Source: Macrostomum lignano
Taxonomy: Eukaryota
NCBI GenBank assembly: GCA_002269645.1
Contig: NIVC01000251.1
Span: 682,001 to 746,000, forward strand
Direction: 5' to 3'
Length of the DNA stretch: 64,000 bases
Shown here: piece by piece, positions 50,801 through 64,000 of the stretch
How the letters are laid out: every line of letters starts with the position of its first letter
Position numbering within the stretch: position 1 is the stretch's first letter
Notes under the pieces: generated by a model
The model's database searches: none
Told to the model about the DNA's origin: nothing
The model's input: only the letters and a program-made list of their open reading frames with translations
Made by a program: the position numbers and the translations under genes

Positions 50801-51414
50801 CTTTAATCCACGCTACTGCAAGAACTGCGACTGTAACACACTGCACTAAAGTGAGTACAACATACAAAATACAATTGCCTATTCACGCTTATTTAGCAGT
50901 TTGCTAATTTAAGAATCTTCCAAAGTCAGTCAGTTTCCTCAGTCATCGACATTCACTTGCCGTGTCACTATGGATTATGTTTCCAGCGCACACGTTTGAG
51001 TAGCCGGAAATAAGAAACTCGAACCTGTCAGGCAGCCTCTTCCTGCATTTCACAGAGCACGATTCGCTTCAATTTCAACTTACAAGACGGACATTGTCAC
51101 GCGATATCTTCTACGAAACTATGGCCAGAAAAATCGTTGCAAAAGAAATGCGTTTAAAACAAAATTTGAATAGTTTTTTTGACCTCCTGATGGCATGATG
51201 CGCGTTCGAAAAATGTGCGTAGGCGATTGGCACGAATCGAAGTCTCGAAAATTTTTCTAATTATTTTTGTGATTGGCTTTTACGTTTAATTATCACTGGT
51301 ACATACACAAGCCATAAAGATTGCCTTCTAAAGGTACCAATGGATTTTACGGAATGATTTTCAATAGAATTGCAGACAGAAACATGTAAGAGTGTAGCGA
51401 GAGTTTTTTTTAAA

Positions 51415-52070
51415 AGGCGTGCCATTTCATTTGAGGGGGCGCCATTTAGGTGGAGGGGCGCGATTTCATTCGAGGGGGCGCCATTTCATTTGTGAGGGGC
51501 GCCATTTCATTTGAGGGGGCGCCATTTCATTTAAGGGGCACCATTTCAGTGGAGGGGCGCGATTTTATTCGAGGGGGCGCCATTTCATTTGTGAGGGGCG
51601 CCATTTCATTTGAGAGGGGCGCCATTACATTTGAAAGGGGCGCTATTTTGTTTGGAGAGGCGCCACTTCATTGGGGGGTGCCATTTCATTGGGGGGGTGC
51701 CATTTCATTGGGGGTGCCATTTCATTGGGGGGTGCCATTTCATTGGGGGGTGCCATTTCATTGGGGGTGCCATTTCATTGGGGGTGCCATTTCATTGGGG
51801 GGTGCCATTTCATTGAAGGGGGCGCCATTTCATTGGGGAAGAGTGCCATTTCATTGGGGGGGCGCCATTTCATTGGGGGGGCGCCATTTCATTGGGGGGG
51901 CGCCATTTCATTGGGGGGGTGCCACTTCATTGGGGGGGGCGCCATTTCATTGGGGGGGCGCCATTTCATTGGGGGGGTGCCACTTCATTGGGGGGGCGCC
52001 ATTTCATTGGGGGAGTGCCATTTCATTGGGGGGGGCGCCATTTCATTGGGGGGGGGTGCCATTTCACTTA
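51415..52070. repeat. ggggcgccatttcatt repeat with variable G-run
   Basis: About 35 units. Confidence 0.9.
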
Positions 52071-52584
52071 AATCTTAAAAGTCATCCTAAAGGATCGCCC
52101 CTTCCAATGTCTTGGTATAGGCTACCAAGCAATTGAAATAAAAGCTTCCATTAAGTTAATTAGTCACTCGTGAAAAAACCTTTTTTTGCGTTTTTGCATC
52201 AGTGCTGGATGGAATAGCAAAATGTATTTCAGATTAATTCTTCAAGAATCATAATTTCAAGCGTTCGACAAAGACGTCACACACTGGCAAACCTGGAATC
52301 TCGACCGTACCCTCTACAGATTTTTAATTAGGCAGACCTGTAATATATCAACAGAAACTTTTTCCTTTTTCATTTCACTAACTAAGGGGCGAAAACTTTG
52401 CCAGGATTTCTTCGCGAAAATCAATTTAATTTAGATAAATCATTGAAATGGATTTCTTTTTATAATTATCAAAAATTTATTACCCACTTATTGTTTTGAT
52501 TTGTTCTACAATAACATTTTACTTCGGCTAGACTTAACATCAATCATAATTTTTATGACTAAAGTAGATGAACCACAGCGAACC

Positions 52585-54275
52585 ACAGTCACTGAAGGTC
52601 ATAGACAGTCACTGATGGTCATACACAGTCACTGAAGGTCATACACAGTCACTGAAGATCATATACAGTCACAGAAGATCATATACAGTCACAGAAGATC
52701 ATATACAGTCACCGGAGATCATACACAGTCACCGGAGATCATATACAGTCACAGAAGATCATACACAGTCACAGAAGATCATACACAGTCACCGGAGATC
52801 ATACACAGTCACCGGAGATCATACACAGTCACAGAAGATCATACACAGTCACCGGAGATCATACACAGTCACAGAAGATCATACACAGTCACCGGAGATC
52901 ATATACAGTCACAGAAGATCATATACAGTCACAGAAGATCATATACAGTCACAGAAGATCATACACAGTCACCGGAGATCATACACAGTCACAGAAGATC
53001 ATACACAGTCACAGAAGATCATACACAGTCACCGGAGATCATACACAGTCACAGAAGATCATATACAGTCACAGAAGATCATACACAGTCACCGGAGATC
53101 ATATACAGTCACAGAAGATCATATACAGTCACAGAAGATCATACACAGTCACCGGAGATCATATACAGTCACAGAAGATCATACACAGTCACCGGAGATC
53201 ATACACAGTCATTGAAGATCATACACAGTCACTGAAGATCATACACAGTCACTGAAGATCATATACAGTCACAGAAGATCATATACAGTCACAGAAGATC
53301 ATACACAGTCACCGGAGATCATACACAGTCATTGAAGATCATACACAGTCACTGAAGATCATACACAGTCACTGAAGGTCATACACAGTCACCGGAGATC
53401 ATACACAGTCACCGGAGATCATACACAGTCATTGAAGATCATACACAGTCACTGAAGATCATACACAGTCACTGAAGATCATATACAGTCACAGAAGATC
53501 ATATACAGTCACAGAAGATCATACACAGTCACCGGAGATCATACACAGTCATTGAAGATCATACACAGTCACTGAAGATCATACACAGTCACTGAAGGTC
53601 ATACACAGTCACCGGAGATCATACACAGTCACCGGAGATCATACACACTCACTGAAGATCATACACAGTCACAGAAGATCATACACAGTCACCGGAGATC
53701 ATATACAGTCACAGAAGATCATATACAGTCACAGAAGATCATATACAGTCACAGAAGATCATACACAGTCACCGGAGATCATACACAGTCACAGAAGATC
53801 ATACACAGTCACAGAAGATCATACACAGTCACCGGAGATCATACACAGTCACAGAAGATCATATACAGTCACAGAAGATCATACACAGTCACCGGAGATC
53901 ATATACAGTCACAGAAGATCATATACAGTCACAGAAGATCATACACAGTCACCGGAGATCATATACAGTCACAGAAGATCATACACAGTCACCGGAGATC
54001 ATACACAGTCATTGAAGATCATACACAGTCACTGAAGATCATACACAGTCACTGAAGATCATATACAGTCACAGAAGATCATATACAGTCACAGAAGATC
54101 ATACACAGTCACCGGAGATCATACACAGTCATTGAAGATCATACACAGTCACTGAAGATCATACACAGTCACTGAAGGTCATACACAGTCACCGGAGATC
54201 ATACACAGTCACCGGAGATCATACACACTCACTGAAGATCATACACAGTCACTGAAGATCATACAGTCACTGATG
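52585..54275. repeat. 20-bp minisatellite ata(c/t)acagtcacagaagatc with higher-order structure
   Basis: About 84 units in register. Confidence 0.97.
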
Positions 54276-54639
54276 GAAAATATAAACAGTCCCTAAAGGT
54301 TATACAGAGTATCTGATAATGATGAACTTACGTCATAGAAGATTGCATGTACGTCATTGAATGTCATGCAACTGCAAGATGATAGAATGATTCAAGAGGC
54401 AACAGAGGGCAGTACACAGTTTGGAGCAAAAATTATCAAGCAATTTGTGCTTTCTGACAGTAATTCGGCTTCTCAATGCCTATTGCGTGTCAGCATGCGG
54501 TTACCTAAGAAGATGAAGATTAGAATTTTTTATACGTAATTTTTTATAGAATGCAAGACTGACATGGAGTACTGAATAGAGAATTCTTGTGAAATAAAGA
54601 TCTCGACCTCGTAATAGTGTTAAATTGTATTTACTCTAG

Positions 54640-55235
<596 letters not shown>

Positions 55236-55879
55236 CTCGCATAATACAATTGTTTTGATAAAACTGACGACACAAAAATGTCAATAGATCCAATCATTCA
55301 ATCAGAACCAATGCACTATGGGGCGCCCCATTTATATCTATACATTATATCTAAGTCAGAAAAACACGCAGCTTTGAAGTGCCGCCAAAAACAGCAGCTA
55401 CCTCCTATTTGAATACGCAATCGTCAAGCCCTCCCACATTGTCTGCATAAAAGGATGTTTCATTTAGGAATTTACTAAAGGTACAATTAATCCTCAATAC
55501 TGTATTGAGCTGTGTCTGCATAAATTAATCATTAGACTTTTGAACTCCATTGAGTTAGCTCGTAAGGTTGAGCAAACTCACCGGCGTGAAAGATCAATGT
55601 CGATTTTTTAAACGTGTGCAGCTAAATTACCGGTACTAATGGGCTTCGCTTCTTCCTTTTAACTTTTTACGAGTTCTGCCGACCAGGCTGTCCACGCAAT
55701 GAAACCAGAGTGTACTTTTAGCAGTTTTTTTTCAGAATTTTCTTAACTAAACCTGTCAAAAATAGTGGCTCACGGTTAATGAGTTCTATTGATCTATTGA
55801 ATCGATGTCAAGAATTTAAACTTAGAACTTTTGTTTTAGCCAAACCCTAATTTTTAAACTCAATTTAATAAAATAAAAA

Positions 55880-56170
55880 TAGCGCTATTTCATTTGAGGG
55901 GCGCCATTTCGTTTGAGGGGCGCCATTTCATTTGAGGGGCGCCATTTCATTTTAAGGATGCCATTTCATTAAAGGTGGCGCTATTTCAGTGGAGGGGCGC
56001 CATTTCATTTGAGGGGGCGCCATTTTATTTGAGGGGCGCTATTTTATTTGAGGGCGCCATTTGATTTGAGGGGCGCCATTCGTTTGAGGGGCGCCATTTC
56101 ATTTGAGGGGCGCCATTTCATTTTAAGGGTGCCATTTTATTAGAGGGAGCGCCATTTCATTTGAGAGGGT
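55880..56170. repeat. Second gaggggcgccatttcattt array
   Basis: Same core and orientation as 51415-52070. Confidence 0.85.
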
Positions 56171-56454
56171 CATGGACAACTTAATTAGGCGGATTGGAAA
56201 ATTCGTTTTATCGAAAAAAAACTCTTCAGACGTAGCAATTTTAATTTTTAACGAAAAATTGGGGATTTAATTATCATCTGAATTTGAAGATAATGACGAT
56301 ATTGTCTTTATTAGTGACCTTTAGATTGGAAATAATAGTGCATTTCTTGCGAAATTTCTGCAACCTTATACTGGAAGAGATCGATGTAAAAATAGACAAT
56401 CAATGCCAATCAAAATGGAATTTCTCTTTCAGTTTACCCAACGAAATTCTGAGA

Positions 56455-57045
56455 AGTGGAGAGGGAAGGAGAAAAGAGGAGAGGAGAAGAGAAGAGATGA
56501 GAGGAGAGGAGATGAGAGGAGATGAGAGGAGAGGAGAGGAGATAAGAGGAGAGGATAGGAAAGGAGAGGAGATGAGAAGAGAGGAGATGAGAGGATAGGA
56601 GAGAAGCGGAGAGGAGAGGAGAGGACAGGAGATAAGATGACAGGAGATGAGAAGAGAGGAGATAAGAGGAGAGGATAGGAAAGGAGAGATGAGATGAGAT
56701 GAGAGGAGAGGAGAGGAGAGGAAAGGAGAGGAGATGAGAGGAGAGGAAAGGAGAGGAGAGGAGAGGAAAGTAGAGATGAGATGAGAGGAGAGGAAAGGAG
56801 AGGAGATGAGAGGACAGGAGATGAGAGGAGAGGAGAGGAAAGGAGAGATGAGATGAGAAGAGAGGAGAGGACAGGAGATGAGATGAGAGGAGAGGAAAGG
56901 AGATGAGATGAGAGGAGAGGAGAGGACTGGAGATGAGAGGAGAGGAGAGGACTGGAGATGAGATGAGAGGAGAGGATAGGATAGGAGAGAAGAGGAGAGG
57001 AGAGAAAAGGAGAGGAGAGGAGAGGATAGGAGAGGAGAGTGAGGG
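56455..57045. repeat. GA-rich simple repeat
   Basis: gagaggagag/gagatgagag. Confidence 0.9.
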
Positions 57046-57689
57046 ATGATTATGATTCACCTAATACCCAGTAGTTTAGCTATGGTAGCTACAGTGTATT
57101 TCATACAGTGCATTAAAGTATGTAGAGCGATTTCGGATGCACAATAATTATAAGGGAGATCGCAGGAATAAAACGAAGCAATGCATGATATGAACAGACT
57201 GTGGCACAGGAAATAATATACGAAATGCGATCAAGGAGAATCCAGTAGACTGCAGTATACATTTATACCATATATCTGGTAAGTACAAGCACACACTTTC
57301 GATGGGAAAACATCCCTCAAATACATGTGGTCCAAACGGCCGTTTTTTACAGCTTGTATTGCCTTCATAAACTATGTGTACCTATGATGCAGAACGGTTG
57401 CAAATAACGTTTATGCTGAAAGCAAAAGCCTATATAGACAAAGTTATGGGCTAAACCAGAAGTCATTGATGGCTGTACGAGCCTACACAACGTCCATCAG
57501 CTAATGCATTTCTGCCTCGAGTATGAACGCATTTGGACCAGCCTTCATCTTGCGGCCATTTTCTTAAAACCAGACACAGACAGTCAGAATGGTAAAGAAA
57601 AAAATGAAATCTTAGGCTCGAATTTCTAAGAATTCCGAATAAGATAAACATCTAGAATTTTTATACTAGCAGCTGGAAAATCGAGAGTG

Positions 57690-58560
57690 AGAGTTGAGAA
57701 TAGAGATTGAGATTTTAAAATCGATGCTAAGATTTGAGAATCGAGGGTGAAATTTGAAAATCCAATGTGAGATTTGAGAATCCAATGTGAGATTTTAGAA
57801 TCAAGGCTGAGATTTGAGAATCTAGGGTGAGATTTAAGAATCGAGAGTGAGATTTGAGAATCGAGAGTGAGATTTGAGAATCGATAGTGAGATTTGAAAA
57901 TCAAGGGTGAGATTTGATAATCAGGGGTGAGATTTAAGAATCGAGAGTGAGATTTGAGAATCGATAGTGAGATTTGAGAATCGATAGTGAGATTTAAGAA
58001 TCAAAATTGAGATTTAAGAATCAAGAGTGAGATTTGAGAATCAAGGGTGAGATTTTAGAATCGAGGGTGAGATTTAAGAATCGTGGGTGAGAGTTTAGAA
58101 TCGAGGGTGAGATGAGAACCGAGGGTGAGATTTTAGAATCGAGGGTGAGATTTTAGAATCGAGGGTGAGATTTAAGAATCGTGGGTGAGAGTTTAGAATC
58201 GAGGGTGAGATTTAAGAATCGTGGGTGAGAGTTTAGAATCGAGGGTGAGATTTAAGAATCGTGGGTGAGAGTTTAGAATCGAGGGTGAGATGAGAACCGA
58301 GGGTGAGATTTGAGAATCGAAAGTGAGATTTGAGAATCAAGAGTGAGATTTGAGAATCAAGGGTGAGATTAAAGAATCGAGGGTGAGATTAAAGAATCAA
58401 AGGTTGGGATTTGAGAATCGAGGGTGAGATTTGAGAATCGAGAGTGAGATTTGAGCATCAAGAGTGAGATTTGAGAATCAAGGGTGAGATTAAAGAATCG
58501 AGGGTGAGATTTGAGAATCCAGGGTGAGGTTTGAGAATCGAGTGAGAGATCTGAGAATCA
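57690..58560. repeat. About 20-bp minisatellite gagatttgagaatcgagggt
   Basis: About 42 copies. Confidence 0.9.
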
Positions 58561-59703
58561 ATTTAACCTAGGATTCGGGACACATACCTTTTGGGCATTA
58601 GGAAAACATTGCGCCAGGAAACAAGAGCGCAATCTCGCGAAAGCAAATGACAAGTTTGACAAATCCTCTTAAAATGGTTTCCAGGGCGCAGTCGGCTCTC
58701 AAATTGCAGCTGATTGCGTGCTGCATAAGATTTCCAGGCAACAATTGTTTGTTGGAAAAATTCAGCAGCTTGCAGAAGCTATTTTAAATCAGCCTACTAG
58801 TTAGCCTACTAGTAGTAGAAGAAAAGCGTTTTCAGTAAAAAATGAATAAAAAAGCAAAATTCTCTTCACTGACGTGAAATAACATTACAGTAAAATTAAG
58901 AAGCTATCTGAGAGCTTTTAATTTAGAAAATCTTTATTATAAGCACACTACATGCCAGTTTAAACAAATATACACAAACACAGCAAAAAGAGTTTTATTA
59001 ATAAGTTGGAAGTGAATTTTTGAATTAGAATACACGATGGAGTGAGTGCTTAATTGGCAGATCAATGCCAACTTTTGAACTGATATTATTTTTCTTTATT
59101 ACGGTACTGCCAGTGAATTTTAAACACGTTAAAGCTGCACAGTGAACGTGGAATGCATCGCCAAAGTTTCTGTTTACGCTAATATAGATCAAAATCAATG
59201 GAATGTATTAAAAAGAATTGTAAATATCAATTTAAGGTAATTTAAGCTACTTTCAGTAGAAGTTTCGCGAATTTCGCGCGATAGTAACTTTACAAATGAT
59301 GAGGAATGCTATTCAATAAATCTACTAAATATTTTTCGTAATTAAGTTGCGGATGCAAACACAATGCATGGTATGGAATAATTACAGTTTCGATGCATAA
59401 ATAACTATGCAATTTCATGTATGATTGATAGAGCTTACTTTATGCATTTTCGATACATATCGGCAATGTATAAAAGTGAACTTTGTACTATAGATTTATC
59501 TAGTCTAATTTACATACTTTCGATACATATCGCCAATATAAAAAGTGAACTTCGTACTAGTTTACGCGAGTCTAATTTACATACTTTCGATACATATCGG
59601 CACGATATTTAAAAACACAAACAAGGACAGAGCAGCGTGATGAAGTGTATAAGAATAAGTTAATTTTTAAAAACTTAGGCAACCCCCAGGATTCGAACCC
59701 CTG

Positions 59704-59913
59704 TTACGGCGCCCAAACTCGCATTGAACAATCAGCTGATCCGGTGAATAAGCGGCTATTGCACACTGCCATCGCTGTCACAATGCCTTGATGCCGTTGC
59801 AAAGTTTGAGTGCGCAGCATATTGTGCAGGCTCCACACCGCTACCGACATGTCGTGCGACCCGGATAGCAGCTTCAGACCGGCGCTGGTTCGCATCACAG
59901 ACAGGCAACTCAC
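59704..59913 (-). CDS. TRAF7: TRAF7 terminal exon (WD6-7)
   Basis: VSCLSV...LLSGSHDMSVAVW...RHQGIVTAM...SMRVWAP*. Confidence 0.9.
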   Translation of the reverse strand: MSCLSVMRTSAGLKLLSGSHDMSVAVWSLHNMLRTQTLQRHQGIVTAMAVCNSRLFTGSADCSMRVWAP

Positions 59914-62900
59914 CTAAAAAGGTGAAAATTAAATTAATAATAACAATGAACCATGCTGAGTGAAAATCTCACTAGAATCTTATTTATGACCAAAGCTAGA
60001 ATCTCATTATGACCCAAGTGAGAATCGCATTTATGACCTAATTGAGATCTTATTTATGACCAATGCTAGAATCTCATTTATGACCAATGCTAGAATCTCA
60101 TTTATGACCAAAGCTAGAATCTCATTTATGATCCAAGCTAGAATCCCAATATGACCCAAGCTAGAATCCCATTATGACCCAAGCTAGAATCCCATTATGA
60201 CCCAAGCTAGAATCCCATTATGACCCAAGCTAGAATCCCATTATGACCCAAGCTAGAATCCCATTATGACCCAAGCTAGAATCCCATTATGACCCAAGCT
60301 AGAATCCCATTATGACCCAAGCTAGAATCTCTTTATGACAAAAGCTAGAATCCCATTATGACCCAAGCTAGAATCCCATTATGACCCAAGCTAGAATCCC
60401 ATTATGACCCAAGCTAGAATCTCGCCATGACTGATTTAAAACTGATCACTAACCTGACTGGAGTGGCCTCTGAGCACATGAGACGGTCTGGTTGTAGCTG
60501 ACGCAACCTCTTCAGTGCTGGTCACGGCCGATGAAGAGACTGCAGCCTCATCGTTACTATGCTCTCCATCAGTTTCGACAGCAGCAATGGCTGAAGCGCT
60601 GCCCAAAGCAGTTGCAGCGGTGCCAGCAGCAGAAACAACCGGTTCTTCCAGAGCTTCCCAAACCAGTAGGAAGCCGCAACCAGTGCCAGCAATGACAAAG
60701 TCTGGCAGAACTAGAACTGAATGCACATTATTGCCCTCCTCATCTGTGCACAATGAGCGCACAGTGGAGAAGTTACACAGATCGATGACTAGCACCGAGT
60801 TGCCGCAGCCAACGTACAGCAGCTGCTGGCTGACCACCAGGGCGCGAACCCAGCGCACAAATCCAGTTAGAGTACGCAGACAGATCCTGCTAGCCAGATC
60901 CCAGACCTTCACCAGAGTGAATGAGCCCGAGAATAAATAGAGCTTGGAGACACACAGGGTGCTGACGCTGTCTGTGTGACCTTTGAGCGTCTGTCCAATA
61001 GAGGGGGGAGGGGTGGGGATTGAGTAGAAACTGTAGACACAGGCTATAAGCTTAATTGCGCACCCGATAAGCATAGAGTAGCTTTGAAGAAATACCAACA
61101 GACATTAGGTATCTCCTAACTATACCCAAAGACATAGAGTACCACCTAATAAATACGAGTACCTCACGGACATGTGGCCGATTAAATAAATACCTACGCG
61201 GATGGATAGTCAATAAATACCCAAGGACACAGACTAGATTAAACACATACCCAAGGACACAGAGTAGCTCAAACACATACCCAAGGACACATACTAGCTC
61301 AAACACATACCCAAGGACACATACTAGCTCAAACACATACCCAAGGACACATCTAGATTAAACACATACCCAAGGACACATACTAGCTCAAACACATACC
61401 CAAGGACACAGACTAGATTAAACACATACCCAAGGACACAGAGTAGCTCAAACACATACCCAAGGACACATACTAGCTCAAACACATACCCAAGGACAGA
61501 GTAGATTAAACACATACCCAAGGACACAGACTAGCTCAAACAAATACCAAAGGACAGACTGGATCAAACACATACCCAAGGACACAAAACCGCTTAAAAA
61601 CATACCCATGGACACATGCTAGCCTAAACACACCAAATAGAAGAGCCCCCACCTTCAAGCAGGTACCGAACTCCGCAGACGCGGGCGCCACATCCCAAAC
61701 TCGAATTGTATTATCCTGCGATCCAGAAAACAACACCGAACCAGTCAGCGCCAAGGACAACACGGGCCCGTCGTGTCCATCGAGAGTTTTCAGCAGCTCA
61801 TTGCTACTGCTAACCTGCCACATTTTCACTGATTTATCGCCGCTAGCAGAGTACAGGTAGTCCCCGCCGCCCAGTAGGCACCAGATCGGGCCTCGATGAC
61901 CTACAAATGTACCTAGACATTTGAAGGTTTGCCAAACATTTCCTCCAGGCTGTACACTGGCTATAGATGACACCAGCTCGTTGACTACTACGATGGCTTC
62001 TTGTAGCCGATCTTGTTTGGCCAGCGAGTCCGCCAGGAGGTCCTGATGCTCAGCTTGGTTGATCTCCAGCAACTGTAGCCGGTCAGTCACGTGACGATCA
62101 AGACGGTCGAGACGTTCGACAACGCCGCTGAGCATCACGCGTATGCGTTCGGATTCCGCCGTACGCTGTTCTAGCTGTTCTTCTAAGTGGCGAATCTGAT
62201 GGAAAATAGATAAAATACACGTGTTGCTTTATCACACTACTGAGTTAGTAATGCTGAACGTTTTTCGTCATAGGAGTCCTAAAAAATCACAGAGTTTTGA
62301 AAAATCTCAGAGTATTAAAGTCCCGAAATTTTGTATCTCTCTCTCTAAGTCTTTGATACCAAGTCTTCAAATCCCCAAAAAATCTCAAAGTCTCAAAGCC
62401 CCAAATAACCTGAGTTTTGAAGGCCCACCAAAAAATCTCAAAGTCCCGAAGTCTTAGAAAGTTCAAACTTTTGGAGTCCCAGAAAATCTTAAAGTCTCGA
62501 AGTCCCAAAAAATCTCAAAAGTCCCGGAGTCCCAAAAACTCAAAAGTCTCGAAGTCCCAAAAAATCTCAAAAGTCCCGGAGTCCCAAAAAATCTCAAAAG
62601 TCCCGGAGTCCCAAAAAACTAAAAAAACGCGGAGTCCAAAAAAATCTCAAAAGTCTCGAAGTCCCAAAAAACTCAAAAGTCCCGGAGTCCCAAAAAATCT
62701 CAAAAGTCTCGAAGTCCCGAAAATGACGGCATAAACAAACCTGCTTCTCCATTCGCTGCCGGGCGCCAACGCAGACGCTGGAACAAGAAGTGCCATTGCC
62801 GCCGCAATCGGACTCGTGCTCCTGAAGATCACGCAGTTTCACAGTCAGCCCGCAGCCTCTGCTGCAAACTGCTGGACTATGCGGACAACAATTCTCGTGC

Positions 62901-63135
62901 TCCAACCGGTTGCCCAGACGTATTTCGGCGTTGCAACCGGAAGGATCAACTTCATAGCTGGAGCAGCCGCCTACCAGAGACGATGGAGATGTTAATCCGG
63001 AGTCTGGAGACTCAGCGTTCGGTCGTTTGACCCGGAGACCGTAGCGGCATCGAATGAGAAGGTCTCCAACTTGATCGCATAGTGCTAGATTGACAACTAG
63101 AGGCTTGGCAGGCACGTTGTGACGGGGGCAGGGCA
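59704..63135 (-). CDS. TRAF7: TRAF7 E3 ligase, 3' part (TRAF-type Zn fingers, coiled coil, 7 WD40); RING exon(s) presumably lie beyond the window end
   Basis: Exons 63135-62741, 62195-61653, 60990-60454 and 59913-59704 with GT-AG boundaries and consistent phases. Motifs VVNLALCDQVGDLLIRCRYG, YEVDPSGC, FKCLGTFVGHRGPIWCL, TLDGHDGPVLSL, RWVRALV and TQTLQRHQGIVTAMAV match my recollection of TRAF7. Confidence 0.9.
59965..60432. repeat. 23-bp minisatellite atgacccaagctagaatcccatt (TRAF7 intron)
   Basis: About 20 copies. Confidence 0.92.
60454..60990 (-). CDS. TRAF7: TRAF7 exon (WD3-5 plus insertion)
   Basis: TLKGHTDSVSTL...VKVWD...WVRALV...VLRGHSSQ. Confidence 0.9.
61100..61630. repeat. 30-bp minisatellite aaacacatacccaaggacacatactagctc (TRAF7 intron)
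   Basis: About 14 copies. Confidence 0.9.
61653..62195 (-). CDS. TRAF7: TRAF7 exon (coiled coil, WD1-2)
   Basis: IRHLEEQLEQR...FKCLGTFVGH...SGSQDNTIRVWD. Confidence 0.9.
62275..62725. repeat. About 26-bp repeat aaagtcccggagtcccaaaaaatctc (TRAF7 intron)
   Basis: Degenerate tandem. Confidence 0.85.
62741..63135 (-). CDS. TRAF7: TRAF7 exon (Zn fingers)
   Basis: PCPRHNV...CRYG...GCNAEIRLGNRLEHENCC...CSRGCG...EHESDC. Confidence 0.88.
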
Positions 63136-63199
63136 CTGGAGTGAAGGCGCGATTAAGAAAAGTTTGTATTAACTTTCTAGCAATGCTTTAGAGAGCGGT

Positions 63200-64000
63200 T
63201 TTTAGGTAATTGGGCCGATTTTCAAAGTGGTAATTGGGGCAATTTTTCAATGATAATTGGGGCCATTTTTCAATGGTAATTGGGGCCATTTTTCAATGGT
63301 AATTGGGGCCATTTTTCAATGGTAATTGGGGCCATTTTTCAATGGTAATTGGGGCGATTTTTCAATGGTAATTGGGGCGATTTTTAAAGCGGTAATTAGG
63401 GCGATTTTCAATGATAATTGGGGCGATTTTTAATGGTAATTGGGGCGATTTTCAAAGTGGTAATTGGGGCGATTTTCAAAGTGGTAATTGGGCCGATTTT
63501 CAAAGTGGTAATTGGGCCGATTTTCAAAGTGGTAATTGGGCCGATTTTCAAAGTGGTAATTGGGCCGATTTTCAAAGTGGTAATTGGGCCGATTTTCAAA
63601 GTGGTAATTGGGCCGATTTTCAAAGTGGTAATTGGGCCGATTTTCAAAGTGGTAATTGGGCCGATTTTCAAAGTGGTAATTGGGCCGATTTTCAAAGTGG
63701 TAATTGGGCCGATTTTCAAAGTGGTAATTGGGCCGATTTTCAAAGTGGTAATTGGGCCGATTTTCAAAGTGGTAATTGGGCCGATTTTCAAAGTGGTAAT
63801 TGGGCCGATTTTCAAAGTGGTAATTGGGCCGATTTTCAATGGTAATGGGGGCGATTATTCAGTGGTAATTGGGCCAATTTTTCAATGGTAATTGGGGCAA
63901 TTTTTCAATGGTAATTGGGGCGAGTTTTCAATGGTAATGGGGGCGATTTTTAAAGCGGTAATTAGGGCGATTTTCAATGGTAATTGGGGAGTTTTTTAAA
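63200..64000. repeat. 23-24-bp minisatellite gggccgattttcaaagtggtaatt (TRAF7 intron)
   Basis: Perfect core 63490-63830. Confidence 0.95.

Noticed and set aside
52585-54275. CRISPR-like appearance of regular arrays (also 9370-10843 and 28655-30030)
   Set aside because: Units are contiguous with no unique spacers, there are no cas genes, and the context is eukaryotic
59440-59610. About 70-bp tandem duplication near the TRAF7 3' end
   Set aside because: Only about 2.3 copies of AT-rich sequence; an ordinary local duplication
59678-59703. tRNA gene on the minus strand (ggttcgaatcc B-box) just after the TRAF7 stop
   Set aside because: Only a B-box-like T-loop with an imperfect stem; no D or anticodon arms or acceptor stem

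Overview
Eukaryotic, intron-rich, minisatellite-packed DNA. A free-living flatworm such as Macrostomum is likely, but that is inferred from the gene set and repeat landscape. The dominant feature is one 32-exon plus-strand gene (5759-43973, about 2,198 aa), reconstructed by hand with GT-AG boundaries and consistent phases. It encodes four N-terminal ankyrin repeats, TRPM homology regions, a six-TM channel, a TRP helix, a coiled coil and a NUDT9-homology domain, so it is a TRPM2-like channel. Its S1, S4 and TRP-helix residues match my recollection of the flatworm praziquantel target TRPM_PZQ. As assembled it has a 1-nt frameshift in S5 (32375-32377), degenerate ADP-ribose sites and five in-frame skippable phase-1 exons. 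Also present: the last (SH3) exon of an upstream gene (2428-2501), an intronless FMRFamide-receptor-like GPCR (48329-50035, +) and the 3' four exons of TRAF7 (59704-63135, -). Repeats include a tRNA-derived SINE family, a Tc1/IS630 deletion derivative with about 155-bp TIRs, a mariner HTH remnant, a CCATAGAC-ended foldback element and about 40 distinct tandem arrays. Most ORFs in the supplied track are repeat artefacts. All coordinates were read by eye and repeat boundaries are approximate.
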